A stretch of DNA of 64,000 nucleotides from Cycas panzhihuaensis (lineage: Eukaryota > Plantae > Cycadophyta). Positions 12,246-24,679 of the stretch are shown in pieces; position 1 is the first letter of the stretch, and each line of letters begins with the position of its first letter. Under the pieces are notes generated by a model, which saw only the letters and a program-made list of their open reading frames with translations, did not search any database and was not told the DNA's origin. The DNA lies in assembly GCA_023213395.1 (NCBI GenBank), contig CM041465.1, forward strand, positions 14,818,001 through 14,882,000, given 5' to 3'. The translations under genes were made by a program, and so were the position numbers.

Positions 12246-15200
12246 ACCGTTGAGATTCGTAGAAAGATGAATTTGGTTTACGCACTTTCACCAGCTACGC
12301 GAGATGTTTGGGCCTGCTTATTAACGACCGCGTGGAGCCTGCACTGAAGACGCGATTTATGATTAGATTCATAAATTTGTAGGGTGTACTTCCATGTCCA
12401 CAGAGAAGTGATGTACCACATGCTGTATATAGATCTGTATGCCCTGCATTTGCGTAGCCTCAATTGAATTTACAAGCTGCTCGTGTCATTCGTCTCCGGT
12501 CTATGTCACGATCTATAGGTCTGCCTTGAGTCGCCACTCGTAAAAGATGCATTTCACAGCCACTTATGTCAATAGTCCGTTACACCGAGCAATATCATCC
12601 CCGGACGTGCATTGACAGTCTTCGTTTCATTTCGTCATCGTAGGATTTCATGATTAAAGCTGCTCTTGAACCACAACTTGGCCTATATTTTTGATATATC
12701 TATTAAGGGCGCAGTAAGCTTTGCCCATTTACAAACGAGAAGATGATTCGCTTATTATAATATGGTTTAATTCCTCACTGGTTATTTACATCTATGTGTT
12801 TGGTTAAAGAGTTTATTATTTGCATTATTTTTTCTCATTAATTTTAAGTTTAATAAGTGTCTATTGACCAAAAGTTTATGTTTTTTTTTTTTAATAATTA
12901 TATTTCATAGATTATTAAGTTTTGTTATTTTGTAGTTTTTTCATCATATAATTTATAAGTCACATAGTAGAGTAAAGCGATTAGAAGTACAATTATTTAC
13001 GAGTTAATTTAATTTTTTAAAAAGTTATTTTAAATTAAATATTTATTTATATTTCAATAATGATATCTATCATTAGTAGGGTTTATTTTCATCTTTGTCA
13101 ATTTTAAAATAATCTTTATTTCCACCAAAATGAAATGAGTGGTCACATGACTATGTGAGATTTGCATTTGATAACTTTTTTAATAACTAAAAATTGATGA
13201 AATTTTTCTTTATGATTCACGTACTAAAGGATTCTTTATCCATTTTGACTTTATTGTACTTTTTAATGCATAACTTTGTCATAAAACTTCATAATTGAGT
13301 ATCATTTAAGGCATTAGATTCATATTTTAATCCTCCATTAAGTGAATGATCTTTTAAGAACTTCTAAAGTCATATCATGTAATATTTTCATAACCAAAGT
13401 TAATGCTAGTTTGTGGGCTTTCTATCAAGTGACCTTTAAACAAATCTAGTAAATTTTAACTTGTAATCATCATTAACACAAAAATCTTACTTTGGAGGAG
13501 GTTGAGTCCAAATTGGAACACTTGTACATGTCCTGAAGTTAAAAGGAAATAAGTTTTGCTTATGTTTTTTACTGCCTTATTTAAGTGCATTTTAGTATTT
13601 CATTTTTTTTCTTCTTCCAAAATAATTTATTTTAAGATAATTTATTCATCATAGCCTCAAGCATAAGTAATATAATGGTGCTAGAATTTGGTAGTACAAA
13701 CTTTTTGAATTAGGGTTGAAGAATAAAACCCATCTTTATATTAAAGGATATATAGGACTTAATTGAAACAGGTTATGGAACATTCGATGCTAATGCTACT
13801 AAAGACTAAAAGAAGACCTACAAGGAGAATAAAAAGAAAAATCATAAAGCTTTGGTGTTCATCTTTTATGCATTGAAGAATCATATTTTTCTAAGGGTTA
13901 GTGAAGCAACTATATCAAAGGAGACATATGATGCATTGATGATTACCTACAAAGGAGCTGCTGCATCAAAACTCCAAACATTGAGGAGTAAGTTTAAAAA
14001 CTATACGATGAGTCAAAATGAAGGAGTGAATGACTTCATAATAAAAATATAAGGCCTAGTCAATCAAATGAAGGCCTTAGGATAAGTTATTAGTGAATAA
14101 AGGGTAGTAGAGAAGATCTTAAGATGTGTTAGTAATATTAAAAGGTTAAAAATAGTTGCAACAAGTATTGAGGTCTTTAAAGACTTAACTACCCTTAAAA
14201 TTAATTAATTAAGTGCAATGTTACTCGTTATTGAAGAGAAAAAGGGAGATAATGAATTTCTAGAACATGCATTTGCCATTAAGGTAAAGATTATACTTAC
14301 TTTTCAAGGCAAAAGATCTAGAGGAAGAGGATAATCTCATAAAGGAAGAGGTTAAAACCTTAGAAATTAAAATCAATTTTATCAAAGACAATGTCAAGTT
14401 TATCAAGGGTAAGGATAATATCATCAAAGTCAAGGTCATTTTCATTAAGGTTAAAATTAATTTCAAGGTCAAGGACAATGATATTTTCAATATCAATTTA
14501 ATCAAGGCTAAGGACAAAATTTTAGACTTTAAGGAAGAGGTAGAAGACAAAGTCTAAGAGGTAGGAACCAAAGACAAAGAAGAAGAAGTCCTAGAGGCAG
14601 AGGAATAATGCAATATTCTTATTACTATAGAAATAAATACTTAAAAGAAAATTATTTTACGAAAATGTCTAACTTACAAAGAGGAATAATTAATATAGTA
14701 GTTGAAAAAAGGAAAAATAAGATACTCTTTTTATCAAGTTTGATGGCAAATGAAGAAGAAGACAATTACTATATTGACTTAAGAAACTCTACTCACATGA
14801 CATATAGAGAAGAATGGTTTAAGGAGTTGGACAACATCAAAAGGAGCAAAATCATATTTAAAGACAATACCAATTAAGTTGCAGTTGATAAAGGGAATGT
14901 GGTCATACAAGTAAACTTTAGAGAACTAAGGTATATCAATGATGTATTCCATATCCTTGTATTTAAGGAAATTTTTTTATTAATGAGACAAATGATGGAG
15001 TAAACATACAAGGTGATCTTTGATAATGGAGAGTACACCATTAAGGATAAGCTAAGGAATAAAGCAATAGTTGCTAAGGGACAAATGACTAATAACATAT
15101 TATTTAAACTAGTTATTTCCTCAACTGATTATTATACCTTGAAGACTTCAACTAATGTGCATAGTGAAACTTAGCATAAAAGACTTAACCATGTAAACTA

Positions 15201-17552
15201 TAATAGTTTGACATTAATAAAGAAGATAGAAATGGTGATAGGCCTACCTGATATTGAACATAACAAGGAAGTATATGAAGGGTATATACTAGGTACACAA
15301 TAAAGGGAAGGATCCCCTAATGAGAGCTATATGGTAAATGAGTCTCTTCAACTAGTACACACATATTTATGTGGACCAATAGATGTGCTTTCACTTGGTG
15401 GAGCCAAGTATTTCATGACTTTCATTAATGATTTTATAAGGATGACTTGCATTTACTTTCTCAAGTTTAAGTCAAATACACTCCAATACTTTATTTACTT
15501 AAAAAATATGAATAAAAGATGGAGTAGAAATAAAATGTTAACTCTACGATTAGATAATAGGGGAGAATTCAGTTCAAATAAGTTTAGGGATTATTGCAGA
15601 TATTTTGGGATAAGGAAATAACTTATGAATCCCTACACACCTCAACAAAATAGGTTTGTAGAAAGAAAGCACAAGACAATTGTTGAAATAACTAGAAGTA
15701 TGTTTAAGGATAAACACCTTGGTAATGAATATTAGGCAGATGGTGTACATACAACTATTTATTTATTAAATAAATGTGTAACCAAAGTAATTAGATGGGT
15801 TATATCTAAAGAAACTTAGTCAAGTTATAAACCAAGCACTAAACAATTAAGAGTTTTTGGGTACATAGCTTATACACATGTTTTAGAATAAAGAAGGACA
15901 AAATAAAATGATAAAAGCACCAAGTATATATTTATAGGATATAGTAACTCATTTATATCATATAAACTATATGATCCAAAAGGTAAAATGATTATTATGA
16001 GAAGGGATATCATCTTCAAGGAAGATGAATTCTATCAAGAGGAAGTTATTGAAAAGGATAAATACAAAAATATTATGATTGAAGTAGACTCTAACTTAAG
16101 CGGTACAAATGTACTTAGTGCAAATGAAGTAGGACCATCTATTTCAAATTAAAGGGTTCCAAAATAAGTACAAAAAGTTTATAACCCTTAAAATATTTTA
16201 GATACTAACTTTGAGAGAAGAATAACAAAAACTCAAAGGGTAAACTTTGTATTTATGACTTAAGTTATAGAGTCAAATGAACCTTAAAACTTTGAAAAGG
16301 CAAGCAATCAACATGAATAGAAAAATGTAATAAAAGAAAAGTACAATACCTTAGTGAAAAATGATATATGGGCATTAGTAGATCTACCACTTAGAAAGAA
16401 CATCATTGAGATAAAATGAGCCTACAAGACCAAGTATAAATCAGATGGGTCCATTGACAAATATAAGGCAAGGTTAATGGCAAAAGGCTATGCTTAAATT
16501 AAGGGCATATATTATAATAAAATATTTGCACCTATTGCAAGATTAGAAATAGTCAAATTAATTATGGATTTAACTACACAACAAGGTTGTATAATCCATC
16601 AAATGGATGCGAAAAGTGCCTTCTTAAATGACTATGTAGATGAGAAGATCTGTGTCCAACAATCTAAAGGTTTTGAAGTGAGAGGACAAGAAGACAAGGT
16701 CTACAAACTCAAAAATCCCTTGCATGGCCTCAAGTAAGCACTTAGAGCATGGTACTTTATGACTAATAAATATTTCAAAGATAAAGGATTCTTAAGAAGC
16801 TAATTGGACCCTAATTTATATATAAAATTAGAAGGAAGCTTAATACTAATTATGGGCTTATATGTAGATGACTTAGTATATACAAGAAATTGTGATTACT
16901 TATCTTAAAAGTTTAAGAAAGATATGGATAAAGAGTTTGAAATGAAAAATTTAGGACTTATGCATTATTTCTCAAGCATTGAAGTATGGTAGGATGAAAA
17001 GGGAATATTTATATTTTAAAGGAAATATACATTAGATATATTAGATAAATTTAATATGGATAGTTACAACCCACTTATAACACTAGCAGAGGTTGGGTTA
17101 AAATTGTCTAAACTTGAGGAATATAAATTAGTTAATCCTATACTTTATAGGCAGTTGATTGGAAGCCTAATTTACTTGACTTCAACTCAACCAGACATTA
17201 TGTATGTAATTAATGCAGTTTTCAGGTTTATGCATGAGCCTAAGGTTTTCATTGGTAAGCAACCAAAACTATTCTCAAGTATCTTAAATGTACTATTAAT
17301 TGTGATTTACATTACAAGTCATCAACAAATTATAAATTGATCAGTTATACAGACTCAGATTGGGCAGGTTGTATAGATGATAGAAAATCTACTTTAGGAT
17401 ATGCATTTGGTTTATATTCAACAATAGTAGCATGGAGTTCAAAGAAGCAGGCACCGATCTCTTTCTACTATAGAACTAAAGTATAAAATAATTGTAACAG
17501 GAGCTTATGAGATAGTTTGGCTTAGAAATTGCTTCACAGTTTACAGGAAGAA

Positions 17553-20351
17553 TGTAGCGATCTAGTTCTACTTTTATAGCAATTTTCCTCAAAATATAGG
17601 TAATAATCCACAAAAGACAATAACTAGATGCTATTCAATAGTAAAATGAATAAGGAACAAGAATTACAGAATCCACCAAAGTAAATAATAATCTTTATTG
17701 TCAAATAATACCAAAATAGAGCAAAACTATAACAAAATACCATTCTTTGCTGAAGAAGTGAGCTTCCCTCTTCGGGGCGAGGAACCCTCCAAACTACAGT
17801 CCCCAAATGGATGAGCTAATTACAGCCCTAGAACCGAAAATTCGTGACCAAAGAACCTCCGATGATGATGAAATGAGGCCGTAAATCCTCTTTAAATAGG
17901 TGGCCAAAGGATAGTAATAGAAGTCGGCTAGAAAATGTGATGTTCTTCTTAATACTGCTCAAATAGAAGTCGGCTAGAACTTCTCCAAAAACCGGTAGGT
18001 AGACTTTAAATGGTTATAACTTTTGATAAAGATCTCAGAATTGACTTTCGTCTGTACCGTTGGAATCATCATTCAAAGACCTTTGATTTGAATGGTCATA
18101 TGCTATACTTTTAACTATAGTTTAGAATTCTACAATTCCCCGCCCCTTAAAATAATACTTCGCCCTCGAAGTATTGAGAATTGCTTGTAGCTCTATCAAA
18201 TCTTCGACCACCTCCTGCTAGATCTTGTAGGTCATGAAGATTTGGCTCGATCTTATATCTTCTATAGAGATTTGCTAGTAGACATTTGGCATTTATCAAT
18301 GTTTATTCCTATAGCCAGGTACATGCTATATCTACATCAGGGAGATCTTGGGACTTGTGAGGTGTCTCAGTTGTCGTGCCTTGGTCTTGCCTTGTGTTTA
18401 CACATTTTATTTTTAAATGAAATGGTTTGTGGAAGGAGAAGAATTGATCATAAGGGTCATAGATTGGCGATTATTTATTGTGAAAAGGAAAAGAAAAGGT
18501 GGAATTATGAGCTAAGATTAAGCATAGCTTTGAAGGTATAGGAAGAAGAGATAAATTTTGAAATCTACCTTGGATGAAGATGAAAATTTGTGTAAGTTTT
18601 ATTAGACCACAACACTTTTTGGGGGAGAGAGAGAGATAAGGAATCAACGATAGATGTTCTTTATGAAAGAAATATTTTAACAGGTTTTTAGGAATGGTAT
18701 TTAGACAAAAGGAAATATTTAATAGAAAAAAATAATATTAATGATATGAAACTGAAGGACTTTGGTAAAAGTTGAACAGGGTTTTGTAAGGGATAATACT
18801 AAGAGGTGAAACCTGACAAATAGATTAAAGTTGAAGGGTGTCCTATTGAGGATTGTTTATAGGGGTTAAAGGAGTAGGTGAGTAAAGAGATAGACTAAGG
18901 TTACAAAGAGGAATTAAAATTTGACCTACAAACAAACTAAGGTTACGAAAATTAAGAGCATGGCTAACTATGGGTTGAGGAGAGAAGGGCTTTTGTATTG
19001 CTATTGAACTAGGGAAAGAGAGAGGACATACAAAACTACCAAACAAAATGTGCATATGTAATGCAGGATCTTTGGGTACCTTGCATGAGATTTGTCGAGA
19101 AAATATGTTTGTTCTTCATTGTCTTTGTATTGTTCATGTGTAACTTCACCTTGGATTTCTTCTCTGATATTGAAATGAGACTCTTCTTTGGCTTGTGCAT
19201 GCTCCAAGTCTTCTATGTCTTCATATTGTTTTCTTTGGGCTAGATCTCGTTCTAGCACTTGCAAAACCTCAATGATCTCTTCATCAATGATATCTTCTTC
19301 TTGCCCTTTCTCATCTACTTAAATTTCACCTTGCTTATGTTCTTTAAAAGCTATGGTAGCTGCCTCTAAAAATTGGTACCATAGAAAAGGTTCTTTAGCC
19401 CAATTAATGAACCACTCATAAGCTCGTCTATTCAATATCATTTCTAATAATTGTCCATACTCTTCAAACTCTGTATCAGGCATGAATTTGAAGTCTTCTA
19501 TCCATTTTCTGATGTCTTTATAATCCTCCAAATTAAAAAAATCTGTCTCCATTTTTTCTTAATAAAGGTTGTACTTCAAGGATTAAAATCTATATTTTGT
19601 ACTGCTCAAAACCATCACATATGACCACTTACTACAAATATCTTTTTTGCGAAAGAGCCCTTTTTCTTATTTACAAACAATTGCGCTTTCTCAAGAATGA
19701 ACAGAACTGCCTTTATATGTTCCAAGTGTTCTTTGCCCTTTACCTTCGGAACGAAGCTTTGATACCACTTGTAGCAATCTAGTTATACTTTTATAGCAAT
19801 TTTCCTGAAAATATAGGTAATAATCCACAAAAGACGATAACTAGATGCTATTCAATAGTAAAATGAATAAGGAACAAGAATTACAGAATCCACCAAAGTA
19901 AATAATAATCTTTATTATCAAATAATACTAAAATAGAGCAAAATTATAACAAAATACCAATCTTTGTTGAAGAAGTGAGCTTCCCTCTTCGAGGCAAGGA
20001 ACCCTCCAAACTACAGTCCCCAAATGGGTGAGCTAATTGCAGCCCTAGAACCGAAAATACGTGACCAAAGAACCTCTGACGATGATGAAATAAGGCCGCA
20101 AATCCTCATTAAATAGGCGGCCAAAGGATAGTAATAGAAGTCAACCAGAAAATGTGATATTCTTCTTAATACTGCTCAAATAGAAGTCGGCCAGAACTTC
20201 TCCAAAAACTGGCAGGTTGACTTTAAATGGTTATAACTTTTGACAAAAATCTCATAATTGACTTTCGTATAAACCGTTGGAATTATTGTTCAAAGACCTT
20301 TGATTTGAATAGTCATATGCTATACTTTTAATTATATTTTAGAATACTACA
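17553..20351 (-). mobile_element. Non-autonomous 2.8-kb LTR element with gag remnant only (TR-GAG/LARD-like), nested in RNase H of Copia A
   Basis: 582-bp LTRs 17553-18134 and 19770-20351 (TG...CA); TSD AAGAA at 17548-17552 and 20352-20356; PBS tggtatcaaagc (19767-19756); PPT ttaaggggcggggaat next to 18134; gag-like ORF 19319-19552; no pol. Confidence 0.92.
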
Positions 20352-20610
20352 AAGAACATGTTGGTCCCATACTATTATTTTGTGATAATCAAAGCATAAT
20401 TCAGATGACTAGAAATTTAGGGTTTCATTGTAGGATAAAGTATATTGAAATACAACATCACTTCATCAAAGAGTTAATACAACAAGGTGAATTAGAATTA
20501 GTCTATTGCAGTACTAGGGATTAAGTGGCAGGCATTTTTACAAAGGTACTTAGTAAAATAAAATTTATCAAATTTTAGAGTCTCTCCAAATGGGCATTAT
20601 ATGGGAGAAA

Positions 20611-20905
20611 TATTAAAATAATACCTATATTGGGCCAATTACCCACCTTGGGGAGATTACCCACATTGAGATAATAACTCATATAATGGAAAATATTTTG
20701 GCATCACATTGTTAGGCATTTGTCAATACTATGTATTGGTGGGCCTTGAGATATGTGCCAAATCCTCTTAGTCCTACTTATTTATTTAGGGGGTCTGAAG
20801 AACCAGGTATTCATTAACACCACCATTCTCATGGATTGATGGTTGTGCCTTTCTTACTTTCATTTTATTTCTCTTATCTATTCTTTTTATCCTCTAATTC
20901 CATTA
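20611..20905 (+). repeat. 3' LTR of Copia A
   Basis: Preceded by a PPT and followed by TSD GTCCT. Confidence 0.88.
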
Positions 20906-20922
20906 GTCCTTTCATAACCAAA

Positions 20923-21805
20923 TGTAGTCATTAAAATTATAAATAAGAAGAAATCAATTTAAGAATATATATTACGTAATCCATTCTCTTAAGCAGAAGA
21001 GGCACCACCATAAAGTAACTGCTAAAGGTTAAGTGTTAATGTTTTTTATTAAGCTTTATGCATGGGTTACTAAGCCCACCAATGATATGTAAGACCATTA
21101 GAGCCACTAATAAGATTACTGAAGATTGACCCCACTTCTATATATTTTAAGGCCAAGCTTACTTGTAAAGGTTGTTTATTATTTTATATTTCTTAAGAGA
21201 AGGTACTTTGGTACTTCTCTTTGGTGCTATTTTGGGGTCCATTATGTGTGTTATTCTGTAATATTAGCCTCTTAAGTTAATAAAGTGCTCTATCTAATCT
21301 CTTTCTATCTGATTTAGAAGGATAAACTTTAGAAGAAACACTTAAAGTGGTATTAAAGTAAGGTTCAATGACCCTACAAAGATGTTTAAGAGCTAAAAAA
21401 ACGGATCCCCCCCCCCTTTAATGACACTCATAACTTTTCTCTTATATAACTTTCTTTTAGTTCATTTTTTGTTCAAGGGTAGATTACACAGCTTGCTAGC
21501 TACCCTTTTTGCTCCCTCTCTCCCTCCTACTTCCTAGGTAGATAACTCTACTTGGTAGCTACCCAATTTAGCTAAGTAGAGACCCTATACCTAGGGTCTA
21601 TAAATATCACAAGGATCTATTATTCTGGGTTAAGCGTATTATGGCTTTTCCATCATTGTCTAAAGGACTTGAGCTAAATTTATTGAACCAATCCTTAAAT
21701 AGAATTAGACTATGAAATCAAGCCTCCACGTACTCTTAGGTATATAGGAGGACCTCTATAGGCTCCCTCCCATCTTAGAATAGGTAAATTTTCAGTCATT
21801 TATTC
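20923..21805 (+). mobile_element. Truncated LTR element: probable 5' LTR (20923-~21345) + PBS + leader
   Basis: Starts tgtagt; decayed PBS tggtattaaagt at 21348-21359; leader contains the shared module; interrupted at 21806 by Copia B1. Confidence 0.55.
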
Positions 21806-24679
21806 TGAAAAGAATGGATCTATCCTTCATCTCCATGCACTATTCACAAAGGCAAACATGGGAGCAAGAGAGACTTGAGAGAAAAAAATTAGCTCTCACA
21901 AAATAGGGAGGTAAGAATGAGCCTCCTCTATTGAGCTTTTACTTTTATATTAAGAGAGGGAGCATTAGAGTTAGGTAAAATGAAATTATACATAATGTAC
22001 ATGAAAGTGTATTTCACTTAAGTGATTTAATTTAAAGTTCACTTAAGACCCTTTTTATAAATAATCAACTAATGTAATGACCTTGTGATATTAACCTTTT
22101 TCAATCTCTCTCTTAATAGTAGAAGGTCATTTCATTCTATTTTATTCTATCCTATGAGGTCTTTATTTGAGCCTCTTATAAAGCAAACTACTATGACACT
22201 TTTGTAAGAAACCCTCATGGGGAAGAAAACCCACATATTTTTTAATCTTTAAATAGCCAATCAGTACAATGAATTTTGTAGTTAAAATCTACTGAGTCTC
22301 CATATATCATTTGGTTATCCCTCGTGTCCTTTCAAGTTTTCATAGGTTCTAATTTTCTAAAATGATACAACCCTTATCCTTTTGCACCTACAAGGGGTTT
22401 TCACGAATGGGATAGAGCAAAGACTTACTTTTGTCCTTTCGCACCTACAAGGGGTTTTTATGAATAATATTGTGTATGATGGTCCTATTGTCATCTCCTT
22501 CAATCGATTAGAGATGGAGGCCCTAAGGTTGAGTTACTTTTAGAACTATTCAAACTTCACCTTCTTTAGTGGTTTGGTGGAGATATCAGCCACTTGATTT
22601 GTTGTGGGGCAACACTCCAGTTGAATTATGCCATCATGAACTAGTTCTCTAATCCTCTGGACTTTCATACTTATATGTTTGGTATAATCATGAAATATAA
22701 GATTTTTAGCCATTTGGATTATAGATTGATTATCTACATGTAAGCTAGTAGAACTTGTTTGGGTGGCATTTAATGTATTCAATAATTTTCTAATCCATAT
22801 TACCTCCTTGCTTGTCTCATAAGCAACAATATATTTAGCTTTGGCAGTTGAGTCTGTAACTATCTTCTGTCGTCTAGGTCTCCATGATATTGGTGTTGTT
22901 CCAAGAAATGTTACGTACCTAGACGTAGATCTTCTTGTGTCTTTATCTTTGGCAAAGTCTGAGTCTATGTATGTATAAAGTTTAAATTCTGCATTAGGTT
23001 CATATAACTGACCATATTTGCTAGTCGTCTTCAGGTACTTCCACACTTATATTGTAGCTTGCTAGTGATTCTGCTTAGGATTTGTCATGAATCTTACAAG
23101 AATACCAATAGAGTGTGCAATATCTGGCTTTGTGTTGGTAGTATAGATGAGACTACTTATAAGTTACCTGTAGAGTGTTGCGTCTGCCTCCCTAGTGTCA
23201 CCATTAACTGAGAGTTTAATATTAGGTTCTATAGGTGTATCCACTAGTTAAGCACCTTCCAACAGAAACTTTGTTAAAAGATTATTGATATATATTTTTT
23301 AGGAGAGAAAAGATTTTACCATTCTTTTGAGTTACTTCAATTCCCAAGTAATATTTCATCAACTGAGGTCAGACAATTAAAAAATTTTAGCAAGATTCTT
23401 CTTTAGTTGGCTAATTACCTGTTCACTATTCCCTGTTATTAGCATATCATCTACAAAGATTAAGAGGTAAGTGACTTTGTCATTTTGACGTTTAATGAAT
23501 AATGTTGCATCAATATCTTGATAGTCACAAACCTCATATTTAAGTTACCTTATTCTTTCAGACAACTTGGTAAACTAAGCACGAGGGGCTTGTTTTAGGC
23601 TATACAATAATTTTCTGAGCCTACAAACCTTATGCACCTAATCGACAATCTCATATCCTTCTAGCTGAGCCATGCAAAATTTTTCTTTAAGGTCCCCATT
23701 GAGAAATACGGTCTTAACATCGAGTTGGTAGATTTTCTAACCCTGTTGAGCAGCCAAGGCTATAAGAGTTCTGATTGTAGGCCACTTAGTTATAGGAGCA
23801 AAGATTTCAGTGTAGTCGATGCATTCCCTTTGCGTGAATCCTTTTGCTACCAACCTTGTCTTGTATTTTTCTAGGGTGCCATCTTATCTGTACTTGTTTT
23901 TGAATATCCATTTGTTTTAAACTACCTTTCTTCTAAGTGGTAGATCAACAAGCTCCCATGTACCATTCTTGATAAGAGATTAGTACTCTTCGTTCATGGC
24001 ATTTCTCCAAGCTGTATGCTTTACAACTTCTTGGTATGTTAGGAGCTCTTCATTAAGAGCAAGGTATAGTTCTACTGGTTCAAGCTTAATAGAAAGTGAT
24101 TCATGCATCCTTACTCTATGGGCACTTCTAGTGACAGTTTTACCTACGTCATCTAGTCGCATGTCCTTGTTTAACTGGTAGGCTTCACGAAAACCTTGAG
24201 TTGGGAATGAGGTTTTCATTTCCACAGCCTCTTATTCTTCGTTTTGGTCCTAAAAAGGATCATGTGGAATCTTTGCCATAGAGGAAGTTGACAATGTTAG
24301 AGAAGATGGGCAAGCCATTGATATTGGAGAAGATGATTCTTCTATTATGGCTTTTCCTTTGTCAACTTGGCTATTTGCAAATGATGGTGCTAGATGTGTA
24401 CACATTGGTTAGGAGTCACAACTTGTATCCTGTGGGGCTCTATTATCAGATTCCAAGATTTTGAGTAACTGTTGAGCATCTCCCCCCCATAAATTTTAGA
24501 ATCTATACATCAAATTTAGTAGCATCATTAAATCGGTATGAAGGTATCTTGGAGTCAAGTCTGAGTAATTGATCTTCAGTCTCTGCAAAGATAACATCTC
24601 TAGTGATGATAATTTTATGTTGTGAAGGTATAAAAACCTTGTACCCCTTTTGTCCATAGGGTATCCAACAAAGATGCCT
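21806..24679 (-). mobile_element. Ty1/Copia B1, 5'-truncated (INT end, RT, RNase H, 3' LTR 21806-22103); same family as 45661-53338
   Basis: ORF 22546-23046 (DSDFAKDKDTRRSTS...VDNQS...QVADISTKPL); PPT ttaagagagagat; reverse complement is colinear with ~50390-53338. Confidence 0.88.

Larger units (their letters stand above)
11078..20905 (+). mobile_element. Ty1/Copia LTR retrotransposon A, full-length but decayed; carries an antisense GTE fragment and a nested LTR element
   Basis: LTRs 11078-11354 and 20611-20905; TSD GTCCT at 11073-11077 and 20906-20910; decayed iMet PBS (tgatattagaac) ~11357-11368; gag from ~13651; INT (LVHTYLCGP, RLDNRGEF) ~15330-15900; RT ~16350-17340; RNase H; PPT atgggagaaa before 20611. 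Confidence 0.9.

Noticed and set aside
14260-14550. Leu/Ile-rich 96-aa minus-strand ORF
   Set aside because: Antisense shadow of the deaminated low-complexity (Q/G/R-rich) part of Copia A gag.
17553-18134. Hammerhead ribozyme (retrozyme) in LTRs of the non-autonomous element
   Set aside because: ctccgatgatgatgaaa/ctctgacgatgatgaaa lacks room for stem II and the core is not conserved between the two LTRs; an Infernal search would be needed to overturn this.
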